The notes: generated by a model from the sequence alone, not told the origin. A stretch of 51,856 nt of DNA from Myxococcota bacterium (GCA_036336835.1 JAYZFK010000055.1:1-51856); one strand, 5' to 3'; shown: positions 9,940 through 21,345, counted from the stretch's first letter. Program-made: numbers and translations.

Positions 9940-10863
9940 ATGGCGCGTCGTTCGATCGGAACTCCGCTCGTGATCGGCATCGTAACGGTGCTGCTGCTGC
10001 TGCTGCTGGCGGCGGGTTGGCAGGTGCTCGTGATCGGCGACTTCGAACCGCGCCCGGGACCGCATACGCTCGACTGGATCCTGCTGGTGCTCGGCTCGCT
10101 GTTCTTCCTGGTCGTGCTGATCGGGCTCGTCTGGCTGTGCGCGTGGCTGGTACAGGAGATGCGGCTCAACCAACGGCAGCGCGCGTTCGTCGATGCGGTG
10201 ACCCACGAGCTGAAGACGCCGCTCGCCTCGTTTCGTCTGTACCTGGACACGCTGGGTCGCCACGATCTCGACGCCGAGCGTCGGCAGGGCTTCATCCGCC
10301 GCATGGGAGAAGACATCGATCGACTCGACGCTACGGTCGATCAGGTGCTGGCCGCGGCGCGCGCCGAGGAGCGGCGCGGCGGGGCGCGCGACAGCGTCGC
10401 GATCAGCGAGCTGCTCGACGCGTGCGCGAACGACGTGTGCGAACGCAACCGGCTTCCGCGGGACTCGGTGTACTTCACGCGACGGGAAGCGTCGAAGGTG
10501 CGGGGCGATGCTGCAGAGCTCGGAATCGTGTTTCGCAATCTGCTCGAGAACGCCATCAAGTACTCTGAAGAGCCAGTCGACGTGCGCATCGGCCTGAGCG
10601 AGCTGAACGACGGCCGGGTGCGCGTGGAGATCGAGGACAACGGAATCGGCATCCCGTCGGCGGAGCTGCGAAAGATCTTCCAGCGCTTCTACCGCGCCGG
10701 CCGAGACGTGCAGCGAAAGGCGGCCGGCCTGGGGCTTGGCCTGTTCATCGTGCGCGGACTGCTGCGGCGCCAGGGAGGGCGGGTGGTGGCGCAGTCCGCG
10801 GGATCCGGCCACGGGAGCCGCTTCGTCGTGACGCTCCGGGCCGCGCCGCAGCCGGGAGCCTGA
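9940..10863 (+). CDS. Membrane sensor histidine kinase
   Basis: Two TM helices; H-box VTHELKTPL, N-box NLLENAIKYS, DNGIGI, GLGLGL; GGAGG SD. Confidence 0.93.
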   Translation: MARRSIGTPLVIGIVTVLLLLLLAAGWQVLVIGDFEPRPGPHTLDWILLVLGSLFFLVVLIGLVWLCAWLVQEMRLNQRQRAFVDAVTHELKTPLASFRLYLDTLGRHDLDAERRQGFIRRMGEDIDRLDATVDQVLAAARAEERRGGARDSVAISELLDACANDVCERNRLPRDSVYFTRREASKVRGDAAELGIVFRNLLENAIKYSEEPVDVRIGLSELNDGRVRVEIEDNGIGIPSAELRKIFQRFYRAGRDVQRKAAGLGLGLFIVRGLLRRQGGRVVAQSAGSGHGSRFVVTLRAAPQPGA

Positions 10864-10866
10864 GCC

Positions 10867-11568
10867 GTGGGGACGATCTGGGTCATCGAGGACGAGGCGC
10901 ATCTCGCAGAGGGCCTCCAGTTCAACCTCGAGGCGGAGGGCTACGAGGTCGAGGTCTTTGCGGACGGCGGGATCGCCTGTGAACGGCTCGCCGCCAACGA
11001 GTCGGTACCCGATCTCGTGGTGCTCGACGTGATGCTCCCGTCGATGAACGGCTTCGAGGTTGCGCGGCGCGCCCGGGCCGCCGGCAATTACGTTCCGATC
11101 CTCATGCTGACGGCCAAGGACGACGCCGAGGACCGCGTTCGCGGCATCGCAGAGGGTGCAGACGACTACCTGACCAAGCCCTTTCGGCTCGACGAGCTCC
11201 TGGCGCGCGTGCGCGGTTTGCTGCGTCGCCGCCGTTGGGATGGTGGTGGCGCGGAGCGCGACCCCTGCCGCGAGGTGTCGTTCGGCGACGTCACCGTGCG
11301 CTTCGATCGCTTCGAGGTGGTGACACCGAGCGCGACGGAGCGCATCACCACCCGCGAGGCCGGGTTGTTGCGCGCCCTGGTCGATCGCGAAGGCGAGGCC
11401 ATCACGCGGGGCGAGCTGCTCGAGCAGGTCTGGGGGCTCCGTCCCGACACGAAGACGCGTGTGGTCGACAGCTTCATCGTGCGGCTGCGACGCTACGTCG
11501 AGCGCGATCCGGCGAGCCCGCGACACATCGTGGCGGTTCGAGGCCACGGGTACAAATTCGTCCGCTGA
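10867..11568 (+). CDS. OmpR-family response regulator
   Basis: Receiver IEDE, LDVMLP, MLTAK, DDYLTKPF; winged helix TRVVDSFIVRLR...VRGHGY. Confidence 0.95.
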   Translation: MGTIWVIEDEAHLAEGLQFNLEAEGYEVEVFADGGIACERLAANESVPDLVVLDVMLPSMNGFEVARRARAAGNYVPILMLTAKDDAEDRVRGIAEGADDYLTKPFRLDELLARVRGLLRRRRWDGGGAERDPCREVSFGDVTVRFDRFEVVTPSATERITTREAGLLRALVDREGEAITRGELLEQVWGLRPDTKTRVVDSFIVRLRRYVERDPASPRHIVAVRGHGYKFVR

Positions 11569-11643
11569 TTGCAAGCTTTTTCGCTCAGCCACCCTATCAC
11601 GATTGACTTGTGGATCGCCCTCCGGCCGTGCCAACCTCGGGGC

Positions 11644-12420
11644 GTGTACAGCGCGCTGCGATACCACGTTCATCCAGAGCTGGACGCCCCGGTGCTGGTG
11701 CTGGCATTTGCCGGCTGGAACGACGCCAGCGAAGCCGCGACAGGTGCTGTGCAGTTCGTCAACGATTCATTGCGTGCGGTACCACTGGCTGAGCTCGACC
11801 CCGAGGACTTCTACGACTTCACGGTCACACGCCCGCACATCACGCTCGAGGACGGTGGACAGCGCCGGATCGTCTGGCCCAGCACCGAGTTCCGCTACGG
11901 GCATCTCGATCCGATCGAGTTCGTCACTGGTCTTGGCACCGAGCCCCATATGTGTTGGCGCAAATTCAGCGACTGCGTCGCATCGCTGGCTTCCGCGATC
12001 GGAGCCACGCGCGTCGTATTGCTAGGCGCCCATCTCGCCGATGTCGTCTACTCGCGGCCAGTCGACGTCTCGGGCTTCGCGAGCGATCCGGCGGTGCTCG
12101 ACGAGCTCGGGGTCACGCCCTCGGTCTACGAAGGTCCGACGGGTATCATCGGGGTGTTGTCGGAGCGCTTGCAGGAAGAGGGGCGGGAGGTGTTGTCGCT
12201 GTGGGCGGGTCTGCCGCACTACCTGAATACCTCTCCCAACCCGCGCGGTACGCTGGCCTTGATCGATCGGCTGGGGCGCTATCTGGGCGTTCGTTTCGAC
12301 GACGCCGAGCTGCGCTCCGAGGCCGTCGACTTCGAGAAACGTGTGAGCGAGATCGTGGCAGCGGATCCCGAGCTGAGCGACTACGTGAAGCAGCTCAAGC
12401 GTCGGGATTTCGGGCAGTAG
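11644..12420 (+). CDS. PAC2-family (proteasome assembly chaperone-like) protein
   Basis: AFAGWNDASEAAT, DPEDFYDFTVTRP, GTEP...W, YEGPTGIIGVL, SLWAGLPHY, DPELSDYVKQL; GTG start at 11644 inferred. Confidence 0.85.
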   Translation: MYSALRYHVHPELDAPVLVLAFAGWNDASEAATGAVQFVNDSLRAVPLAELDPEDFYDFTVTRPHITLEDGGQRRIVWPSTEFRYGHLDPIEFVTGLGTEPHMCWRKFSDCVASLASAIGATRVVLLGAHLADVVYSRPVDVSGFASDPAVLDELGVTPSVYEGPTGIIGVLSERLQEEGREVLSLWAGLPHYLNTSPNPRGTLALIDRLGRYLGVRFDDAELRSEAVDFEKRVSEIVAADPELSDYVKQLKRRDFGQ

Positions 12421-12445
12421 CCGCCGCCCCGGCGGCTGGGCGGAC

Positions 12446-13177
12446 ATGGATCCGGCGCACCTCGACGAGCTGATCGAGCTCGAAGACACCTACTGGTGGC
12501 ACGTCTCCAAGCGCAGGCTGGTGATTGGGCTGCTCGCGCGCGATTTTCCGGCGCCCTGCCGGCTGGTTGAAGGCGGTGTTGGCTCTGCGCGCGATCTGCT
12601 CGAGTTCCAGCGCGCGGGCTACACGGTGTCGGGCTACGACGCGATGCCCGAGTCGGTCGCCAACGCCCGCGAGCGCGGTCTCGACGTCCTCCGGCACGAC
12701 CTCGAGCGCACCTGGCCCGACGGCGAGGGCTCGCTGGACGTGGCCGTGCTGCTCGACGTGCTCGAGCACATCGCCGACCCGGTGAGCGTGCTCGCCAACG
12801 TGCGGCGCGCTCTGCGTCCGGGGGCTGGCGCGGTGATCACGGTTCCAGCCTATCCGTTCCTGCACGGCGACTGGGATCGCGCGCTGGGTCATCAGCGACG
12901 CTACACGGTGCGCATGCTGCGCGGGCAGGCGATGGAGGCGGGTCTCGACGTCGCGCGGATTACGCACTGGAATGCTTTCAGCCTGCCGGCGGCCCTGGCC
13001 GTTCGCGGGCTTCAGCGGTTGTTTCCGCGCGACGCGCCGCCGGCAGAATTTCCGAGGGTCCCGAGCGTGCTGAACCGGATGCTGATCGCCTGCGCGAATG
13101 TCGAGCGTGCGTGGCTGCGGGTGCTTCCGCTGCCGGTCGGATTGTCGCTGTTCGCGGTGCTCCGCAGGCCGGGCTAG
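12446..13177 (+). CDS. Class I SAM-dependent methyltransferase
   Basis: LEDTYWWH, VEGGVGS, LLDVLEHI, ALRPG..VITVPA, HQRRY. Confidence 0.85.
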   Translation: MDPAHLDELIELEDTYWWHVSKRRLVIGLLARDFPAPCRLVEGGVGSARDLLEFQRAGYTVSGYDAMPESVANARERGLDVLRHDLERTWPDGEGSLDVAVLLDVLEHIADPVSVLANVRRALRPGAGAVITVPAYPFLHGDWDRALGHQRRYTVRMLRGQAMEAGLDVARITHWNAFSLPAALAVRGLQRLFPRDAPPAEFPRVPSVLNRMLIACANVERAWLRVLPLPVGLSLFAVLRRPG

Positions 13178-13190
13178 TCGGCCCTGCGGA

Positions 13191-13442
13191 TCAGTCGAGC
13201 TCGATTGATTCCTCGACGAGCATGACCGGGATCGAGTCGTCGACGATGTAGAGGACGCGGCCGTCCTCGCGCACCAGGGCCTCCTCGATCCGGTCGCTCA
13301 CGGCGTCGCCGCTGCGGTTGCGCAGCGAGCCGTCTTCGATCCTGCCGTTCACGGCCGCCAGCATCTCGGTAGACGCCGGTTGCACGGGTTGTTTCGTTTC
13401 CGGGCAGACGAGGATGTCGAGGAGCTCCTGGCTGACGGGCAT
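13191..13442 (-). CDS. Trm112/YcaR-like protein
   Basis: ELLDILVCPETKQP...YIVDDSIPVMLVEESI; ATG at 13442 with AAGGGA upstream. Confidence 0.85.
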   Translation of the reverse strand: MPVSQELLDILVCPETKQPVQPASTEMLAAVNGRIEDGSLRNRSGDAVSDRIEEALVREDGRVLYIVDDSIPVMLVEESIELD

Positions 13443-13520
13443 GACGAATCCCTTTGTTTGGAGGCGGTGTCGGAGGGAAGCCACGCCGTGGCTGCTGCGA
13501 CCTGCCTTCCGGGCGCGCCG

Positions 13521-14750
<1,230 letters not shown>

Positions 14751-14781
14751 GGCGCTTCCGTTCCGTTTCTGATTGCCGCGC

Positions 14782-15870
14782 TCAGACGAGCGTCAGCGCT
14801 TCGAAGCTCGCAAAGCCGCGTGCGTTGCGCAGGTGCATCTCGGGCAGGTAGTCCCGGATGTAGCCGTAGCCGCCGAAGACCTGGACCGCGCCGTCGGCCA
14901 CCGCGAGCGCAGTGCGCTGTGCCTTGCCGATCGCGAGCATCGCCTCGCGCGTGGCATCGAGCCCCTGATCGATGCGCCAGGCGGCCTCCCAGGCCAGCAG
15001 GCGAGTGCCGTCGATCTCGGTAGCCATGTCGGCCAGCTTGAAGGCGATGGCCTGCTTGGTGGCAATTGGTGCGCCGAAGGCCTCGCGCTCCTTCGCATAG
15101 GCGAGCGCCAGCTCGTAGGCCGCGCGAGCAACGCCGACGGCACAGGCCGCGAGCGCTGCGCGGCCCCGCGCGAGCAGCGCTCGCAGGTCGCCGTCCGCAG
15201 CGCCGCCGAGCCGCGCCGAGGCCGGGAGCCGCACGCTGGAGAGCGCGAGCTCTGCCGTCGGCAGCGCGCGGATCCCCATGTTCGATTCCGGCTCGGCGTG
15301 AAGGCCGGCTGCGTCGGTATCGACGAGGAAGGCCGCGAGCTCGCCCTCCTCGGACGCGACCACCCACAGATGCGAAAGGTCCTCCTGCCACGGCACGAAG
15401 CACTTGGCGCCATCGAGCACGTACTCGTCACCGTCGCGCTTGGCGGTCGTCTGCGGTCGAACCGGATCGAAGTCGAAGCGCGGCTCGACCCAGGCGAGCG
15501 ACCCCGCGGCCGGCTCGGCACCGACCAGTCCGGGCAACAGCAGCTGCTTCTGCTCGTCACTGCCGTAGAGCGCGACCGGGATGGCGAGCAGCGACGGAGA
15601 GAGCACGCCGAGCGCGAGCCCGAGGTCGCCCCAGGCGAGTTCCTCGGCGATCAGGCAGCCAGTGACCGCGCTGAGCTCGCCGCCGCCCCCGTACGCCTCG
15701 GGAAGTGCGTTTGCGACGAGCCCGAGCTCGTGCGCCGCGCCGAGCACGTCGCGATCGAGTTGGCTGGCTTCGTCACACGGACGCGCTCGGGGCCGCAGCT
15801 CGTTGCTGGCGAACTGGCGCACCGTATCGCGCACCAGTGCCTGCTCGTCGGTCGGGTCGAAGTCGATCAT
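14782..15870 (-). CDS. Acyl-CoA dehydrogenase, FadE24-like
   Basis: [50 protein letters not shown]; short C-terminus; ATG at 15870. Confidence 0.9.
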   Translation of the reverse strand: MIDFDPTDEQALVRDTVRQFASNELRPRARPCDEASQLDRDVLGAAHELGLVANALPEAYGGGGELSAVTGCLIAEELAWGDLGLALGVLSPSLLAIPVALYGSDEQKQLLLPGLVGAEPAAGSLAWVEPRFDFDPVRPQTTAKRDGDEYVLDGAKCFVPWQEDLSHLWVVASEEGELAAFLVDTDAAGLHAEPESNMGIRALPTAELALSSVRLPASARLGGAADGDLRALLARGRAALAACAVGVARAAYELALAYAKEREAFGAPIATKQAIAFKLADMATEIDGTRLLAWEAAWRIDQGLDATREAMLAIGKAQRTALAVADGAVQVFGGYGYIRDYLPEMHLRNARGFASFEALTLV

Positions 15871-15896
15871 CGCGGCTGCAGTTCGCCCGGACCCAC

Positions 15897-17132
15897 TCAG
15901 AGCCGTTCGAGAACGGTCGCGATTCCCATTCCGCCACCGATGCACATCGTCACCAGGCCCGTCGTCTGGTCGCTGCGTTCGAGCTCGTCGAGCACGGTTC
16001 CGATCAACATGCCGCCGGTGGCGCCGAGCGGATGGCCGAGTGCAATCGCGCCACCGTTGACGTTGACCCTGGCGTGATCCATTCCGGTGTCGCGCATGGT
16101 CTTGAGCGGCACGGTGGCGAACGCCTCGTTGATCTCGATCAGATCGATGTCGCCGATCTGCATTCCGGCCTTCTCGAGCGCCTTCGGTACTGCCGTCGAC
16201 GGCGCGGTCAGCATTGCCACCGGCTCGCTGCCGGTGGTCGCCATTGCGAGGATCCGGGCGCGGGGCGAGAGCCCGTGGGACCTCGCGTACTCGGGCGACG
16301 CCAACAGCACGGCACTGGCGCCGTCGACGAGGCCCGAGGAGTTGCCCGCGGTGTGTCCGTGCTCGATTCGATCGAGCTGCCGGTACCGCGAGAGCGCCAT
16401 CTCGTCGAGCGTGCGCACCTCGCCCCGGGCGACGTGGGCGCCCAGCTTCTCGAACGAAGGCGATAGCTGGCCCAGCGACTCGGCGGTGCTGCTGGCGCGC
16501 GGGTGCTCGTCGCGTTCGAGCACGACATCGCCGGCGAGGGCGCGCACCGGGATCAGGCTTCTCGCAAAGCGGTCTTCCGCCTGGGCGGTCGCACAGCGTC
16601 GTTGGCTCTCCGCCGCGTAGGCGTCGAGCTCTTCGCGCGAGAGGCCCTCGAGTGTCGCGATCAGGTCGGCGGAGATGCCCTGCGGCACCTGCGGGTGCTG
16701 GTCGATCAGGTTCTGGTTGCCGCCGTGCATCTTCGAGCCGTCACTGCCCATCGGCACGCGTGACATCGACTCGACGCCGCCGCCGATCACCAGATCCTGC
16801 TGGCCCGACATCACGCCCATGGCCGCGAAGTTCACCGCCTGCTGGCCGGAGCCGCAGTAGCGGTTGAGCGTCACGCCGGTTGCGGCCTCGGCCGGCCAGC
16901 CGGCCGCGAGCGCGGCCATCCGCGCAAGGCAGCCGCCCTGATCCTTGACCGCGCTGACGATGCCCGCGACGACGTCCTCCACGTCGGCCGGCTCGAACCC
17001 GCTGCGATCCTGCAGAGCGTTCAGGCACTGCGCCAGCAGCTCCTGCGGATGGACGCCGTACAGGCCGCCGGTCTCGGGCTTGCCCTTGCCGCGAGGTGTT
17101 CGAACGGCGTCGATGATCCAGGCTTCCGACAT
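15897..17132 (-). CDS. Acetyl-CoA C-acyltransferase (thiolase)
   Basis: [18 protein letters not shown] (Cys), [34 protein letters not shown]. Confidence 0.95.
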   Translation of the reverse strand: MSEAWIIDAVRTPRGKGKPETGGLYGVHPQELLAQCLNALQDRSGFEPADVEDVVAGIVSAVKDQGGCLARMAALAAGWPAEAATGVTLNRYCGSGQQAVNFAAMGVMSGQQDLVIGGGVESMSRVPMGSDGSKMHGGNQNLIDQHPQVPQGISADLIATLEGLSREELDAYAAESQRRCATAQAEDRFARSLIPVRALAGDVVLERDEHPRASSTAESLGQLSPSFEKLGAHVARGEVRTLDEMALSRYRQLDRIEHGHTAGNSSGLVDGASAVLLASPEYARSHGLSPRARILAMATTGSEPVAMLTAPSTAVPKALEKAGMQIGDIDLIEINEAFATVPLKTMRDTGMDHARVNVNGGAIALGHPLGATGGMLIGTVLDELERSDQTTGLVTMCIGGGMGIATVLERL

Positions 17133-17352
17133 CGGGGGCTCCTTTGCGCGGCGTGTCATCGGGTGCCGACGCGTGGATGAGGGGATGCGAACCAGGAGCG
17201 GCCGCCAGCGCCCATGCGTGGCGAGCCCCGCACAATACCTCAACGACGCTCGCAGCTGTCCTCGTGGCTGAGGCTGCCGCAGGTGGGCTTGCGGCCTCGC
17301 CGACTGCAACCATTCGATGCGTCGCAGCGACCGGGATGACGCCCGATCCTCC

Positions 17353-17381
17353 TTGACTCGGTGGGGCTTGCGGATTATCAC
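17353..17381 (+). promoter_or_regulatory. Putative sigma70 promoter of the act operon
   Basis: TTGACT-N17-TATCAC about 200 nt upstream of actA. Confidence 0.5.
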
Positions 17382-17580
17382 ACGCTCCGCCGCAGAGAAG
17401 TCTCACGCAAGCACTGCGTACGCGTGTGAGTGGCTTCGACATCCTGCTGGTCACTCGTTGGCTCGCTGCTGCACCGGTGGTGTGGGCTCGGGGCCCCGGG
17501 GAACCAGCAGTAAATCAACGCCCGCCCCTGGCTCACAGCGGCAGCTGGCGCCGGGGCGGGGTGGGCTCGAAGAGACCCAG

Positions 17581-18342
17581 ATGAATCAGACAACTCGCCG
17601 TTACTGTGCCGTCGTACTTGCCGCGTGCGCGGTCGGTGCTGCCGCTGTGCTGATTCCGTCGCTTGGTGACGCTGCCGGTGGGGGCCACGCCGAGGAGCCG
17701 CAGGCGACACGGGGGCCGACGCTGGTCGCCGCCAGCGTGTGCGAAGCGCAGCGGCTGAAGGCGCGCAAGGCGGACGATTCGCGGCTCTCGATCGAGATCC
17801 CCAAGGAATTCGACAAGCCCTGGCCGTCGCTGTCGGCGTGTGAGTCGCACGATGCGGCCTGGGACGAGGACGCGGACGGGCCGATGCAGCCGATTCCATT
17901 CAGCCATGCGCACCACGCGGGCGAATTCGAGATCGACTGCCAGTACTGCCACTCGGCGACCGATCGCTCTCGTGCCGCGGGGATGCCGTCGGTGGAGGTC
18001 TGCATGGGCTGCCACCAGATGTTCCCCGCGGAGTACGACGAACTCGAGGGCATTCGGATCCTCAAGCAATACTGGGCCGAGAAGCAACCCATCGCCTGGC
18101 AGCAGATCCACCGCCTGCCCGAGCACGTGAAGTTTCGTCACAACCGTCACATCCAGGCGGGAGTGGATTGTCAGCAGTGCCACGGTCCCGTCGAGGAGAT
18201 CGACAAGATGCACATGGTTCCGGACACCAAGTGGTGGTTCTACGGACTGCCGACGGCAAAGCTCGAGATGGGCTGGTGCATCGAGTGTCATCGAGACAAC
18301 AACCAGCAGGCGACGCAGGACTGCGTCACCTGTCACCACTAG
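17581..18342 (+). CDS. actA: Alternative complex III pentaheme cytochrome c subunit
   Basis: Five CxxCH (CQYCH, CMGCH, CQQCH, CIECH, CVTCH); QPIPFSHAHHAG, HRLPEHVKFRH, LEMGWC. Confidence 0.9.
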   Translation: MNQTTRRYCAVVLAACAVGAAAVLIPSLGDAAGGGHAEEPQATRGPTLVAASVCEAQRLKARKADDSRLSIEIPKEFDKPWPSLSACESHDAAWDEDADGPMQPIPFSHAHHAGEFEIDCQYCHSATDRSRAAGMPSVEVCMGCHQMFPAEYDELEGIRILKQYWAEKQPIAWQQIHRLPEHVKFRHNRHIQAGVDCQQCHGPVEEIDKMHMVPDTKWWFYGLPTAKLEMGWCIECHRDNNQQATQDCVTCHH

Positions 18343-18384
18343 GTCGCGCCCCCAGCGCGAACCACCCACGACCAGGACGGACGC

Positions 18385-21345
18385 ATGCCCGATCTCGATC
18401 GTCGCGATTTTCTGAAGCTCGTTGGCCTCGGGGCCGGTACTGCCACAGCGGCGGGGTGCTCGGATCCGATCGAGAAGCTCGTCCCGTATGTGGTGCAGCC
18501 TGAAGAGATCACGCCGGGCATCGCGACGGTGTATGCCTCGACGTGCCGCGAGTGCGAAGCCGCGTGCGGTCTTCACGTCTCCACGCGCGAGGGCCGGCCC
18601 ATCAAGCTCGAGGGCAACCCCGAGCACCCGATCAATCGGGGCAGGCTGTGCGCGCGCGGCCAGGTGGGGATCGGCCGCACCTATCATCCGGACCGCTACG
18701 AGGGGCCGCGCGCCGACGGGCAGGCCACGACCTGGGACGATGCCGAGGCGCGGCTGCTGGCGGCCGTGCAGGCCAACCCGGGCGGTACCTGGGTGCTCGG
18801 AGCGAGCCGCGGCCCGACGATCGACGGCATCATCGACGCGGTCGTCGCGGGAGGCGGGCTCGGCGGGCGCGTGGTGTACCAGCCGTTCGACGGCTCGGCG
18901 CTGCGTGCCGCTACCGAAGCAGTGTTCGGCGTCGCCGCCACGCCGCAGTTCGACCTGTCGGGCGCCGACCTGGTGCTCGACTTCGACTCCGGCTTCCTCG
19001 ACACCGGGCTCTCGCCGGTCGAGAACGCCGCACAGTTCGCGGCGGCGCGCGACATCGCCCGGCACCCCGACGGCGGTGCCCGGCTCGTCACGATCGGTCC
19101 ACGCCTCACGATGACCGGCAGCAATGCCGAGAGCTGGATTCCCGCCGCGGCCGGCAGTGAGGGCGCACTCGCCCTGGCCCTCGCGCGAGCGGTGGCCTCG
19201 AAGCGAGGAGTCGTCGACGCGGCGCTCGATGCCGCGATCGCGAAGGCTCCCGCGCTGTCGGCGGCTGCGACGGCGGCCGACGTCGACCTCGCATCGCTCG
19301 AGCAACTCGTCGATGCGATCGCGCACGCGCACGCGGTCGTGGCGCTTCCGCCGAACCCGGCCGCTGCGGGCACCAATGCGGTAGCGGCCAACGCCGCGGT
19401 GCTGCTGCTCAACGCTGTTGCCGGCTCGGTCGGCTCGGGTGTCAAGATCCCGCGCGGGCCGGATCCGCGCGCCGCCGCACCCTATGCCGAGGTGCAGGCA
19501 CTCGTCGATGCGATGAACGCCGGCCAGGTTTCGGTGTTGATCGTGCACGACGCCAATCCGCAGTACTCGCTGCCGAGTGCGAGCGGCTTCTCGGCGGCTC
19601 TGGAAAAGGTGGGCCTGGTGGCTTCGCTGGCCTCGTTGGTCGACGAGACCTCGGTCGAGGCCGCCCTCGTCCTTCCCGACCACACCCCGCTCGAGTCCTG
19701 GGGCGATGCCGAGCCGCGCGCCGGTGTTCGCTCGCTTGTTCAGCCCACCATCCGGCCGCTTCACGATACGCGGGCGATCGGCGACGTGTTCCTCGTGCTC
19801 GGTCGCGGGCTCGGTGTCAGTGTTCCCTCTGGCACGACGCGCGACATCGTCGCGGCAAACTGGGGCGGCGGAGCCAGTTTCCGCGCGGCACTGGTGCGCG
19901 GCGGGAGCTTCTCCGAATCGTCGGCGGGCCACGCGTCGGTCGAGACGGGTGCGGCCGGGGCCATCGGGGCCGCTTCGCAGTTTTCGGGCAGCGGCGACTA
20001 CACGCTGATCGCATATCCGCACAGCTATCTCGGCGACGGCTCCGGCGCTGCGCTGCCCTGGATGCAGGAGATCCCGGATCCTGTCACCAAGCTTTCGTGG
20101 CGTTCGTGGGCCGAGATCAGCAAGACGACGGCCGAGCGTCTCGGCGTGAAATTCGGCGATGTGGTCCGGATCGACACCGGCAACGGCGCGATCGAGGCTC
20201 CCGTCTATCCGCGCGGCGGTATCCGCGACGACGCGGTGGCGGTCGCGATCGGCCAGGGCCACACGGTCGGTCACTACGCCTCGATGGCCGGCGACGGCTC
20301 ACCGGGCGTTGCGCGCGGCGCGAACGTGGCCGCGCTGCTGCCGGCCGCGACCGACGAGGGCGGGGGTCGAGCCTGGCTCGCAACCCGCGCCTCGCTGACG
20401 AAGAGTGGCGCCTTCCAGCGCGTTGCGCTCAGCCAGTGGTTCGACAATCAACGTGGACGTGGGCTGGCCAGGCAGGTGTCCTTGCTGGCGCTGGCCGGCG
20501 GGCACGACGACGACCACGAAGGTCCGCACGTCATCGAGCAGCCGTTCGAGCGCGCCAACGATGCAGCTCCCGGCGATCCGTACCGCTGGGGACTGACGAT
20601 CGACAACGATCGCTGTACGGGCTGCAGCGCCTGCATCGCCGCCTGCTACGTCGAGAACAATGTCCCGATCGTGGGCGAGACCAACGCCATCAAACACCGC
20701 GAGATGAATTGGATCCGGATCGAGCGCTACATCGGCGACGGCGACACCGAGGGCGGCGAGGAGCGCCGGCCGCACCCGGATCGCGAGGTGCTCGGCGGTG
20801 AAGTCGACGTGCGCTTTGCGGCGATGCTGTGCCAGCACTGTGGCTCGGCGCCGTGCGAGTCGGTCTGCCCCGTGATTGCGACCTACCACACGCCCGACGG
20901 TCTGAACGCCATGATCTACAACCGCTGTGTCGGTACCCGCTATTGCGCCAACAACTGCGTGTACAAGGTGCGGCGCTTCAACTACTTCGACTACGGCTAC
21001 GACAACTGGCCGGGGCTGCTGTCACTGATGCTGAACCCCGACGTCACGGTTCGCGGCCAGGGCGTGATGGAGAAGTGCTCGTTCTGCGTACAGCGCATTC
21101 AACTCGCGCGTCAGCCAGCCAAGGACGAGGGGCGAGATATCCGCGACGGCGAGATCGTCACGGCCTGCCAGCAGTCGTGTCCGACCGATGCGATCACCTT
21201 CGGCAACACGCGCGACGCGAAGGCCGCGGTGAACACCAGGGTCGACGAGCGGCGCTCCTATTACTCGCTGCACATGTTGAATACCCGGCCCGGCATCACG
21301 TACCTCGCGCAGGTCAAGCGCGTCTCCGAGGAGTCTCACTCATGA
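18385..21345 (+). CDS. actB: ACIII molybdopterin-oxidoreductase-like / Fe-S fusion subunit
   Basis: Tat motif DRRDFLK plus lipobox AAGC; EKLVPYV..PEEITPG; C-terminal CTGCSACIAAC, CQHC..APCESVCP, CVGTRYCANNC, EKCSFC...ACQQSCP. Confidence 0.92.
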   Translation: MPDLDRRDFLKLVGLGAGTATAAGCSDPIEKLVPYVVQPEEITPGIATVYASTCRECEAACGLHVSTREGRPIKLEGNPEHPINRGRLCARGQVGIGRTYHPDRYEGPRADGQATTWDDAEARLLAAVQANPGGTWVLGASRGPTIDGIIDAVVAGGGLGGRVVYQPFDGSALRAATEAVFGVAATPQFDLSGADLVLDFDSGFLDTGLSPVENAAQFAAARDIARHPDGGARLVTIGPRLTMTGSNAESWIPAAAGSEGALALALARAVASKRGVVDAALDAAIAKAPALSAAATAADVDLASLEQLVDAIAHAHAVVALPPNPAAAGTNAVAANAAVLLLNAVAGSVGSGVKIPRGPDPRAAAPYAEVQALVDAMNAGQVSVLIVHDANPQYSLPSASGFSAALEKVGLVASLASLVDETSVEAALVLPDHTPLESWGDAEPRAGVRSLVQPTIRPLHDTRAIGDVFLVLGRGLGVSVPSGTTRDIVAANWGGGASFRAALVRGGSFSESSAGHASVETGAAGAIGAASQFSGSGDYTLIAYPHSYLGDGSGAALPWMQEIPDPVTKLSWRSWAEISKTTAERLGVKFGDVVRIDTGNGAIEAPVYPRGGIRDDAVAVAIGQGHTVGHYASMAGDGSPGVARGANVAALLPAATDEGGGRAWLATRASLTKSGAFQRVALSQWFDNQRGRGLARQVSLLALAGGHDDDHEGPHVIEQPFERANDAAPGDPYRWGLTIDNDRCTGCSACIAACYVENNVPIVGETNAIKHREMNWIRIERYIGDGDTEGGEERRPHPDREVLGGEVDVRFAAMLCQHCGSAPCESVCPVIATYHTPDGLNAMIYNRCVGTRYCANNCVYKVRRFNYFDYGYDNWPGLLSLMLNPDVTVRGQGVMEKCSFCVQRIQLARQPAKDEGRDIRDGEIVTACQQSCPTDAITFGNTRDAKAAVNTRVDERRSYYSLHMLNTRPGITYLAQVKRVSEESHS

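Noticed and set aside
17533..20274. 913-aa antisense ORF and other long shadow ORFs (e.g. 9910-11673, 23977-26136, 32269-34350, 39997-42210)
   Set aside because: Off-frame or antisense to well-supported genes. They are typical stop-poor artefacts of high-GC3 DNA.
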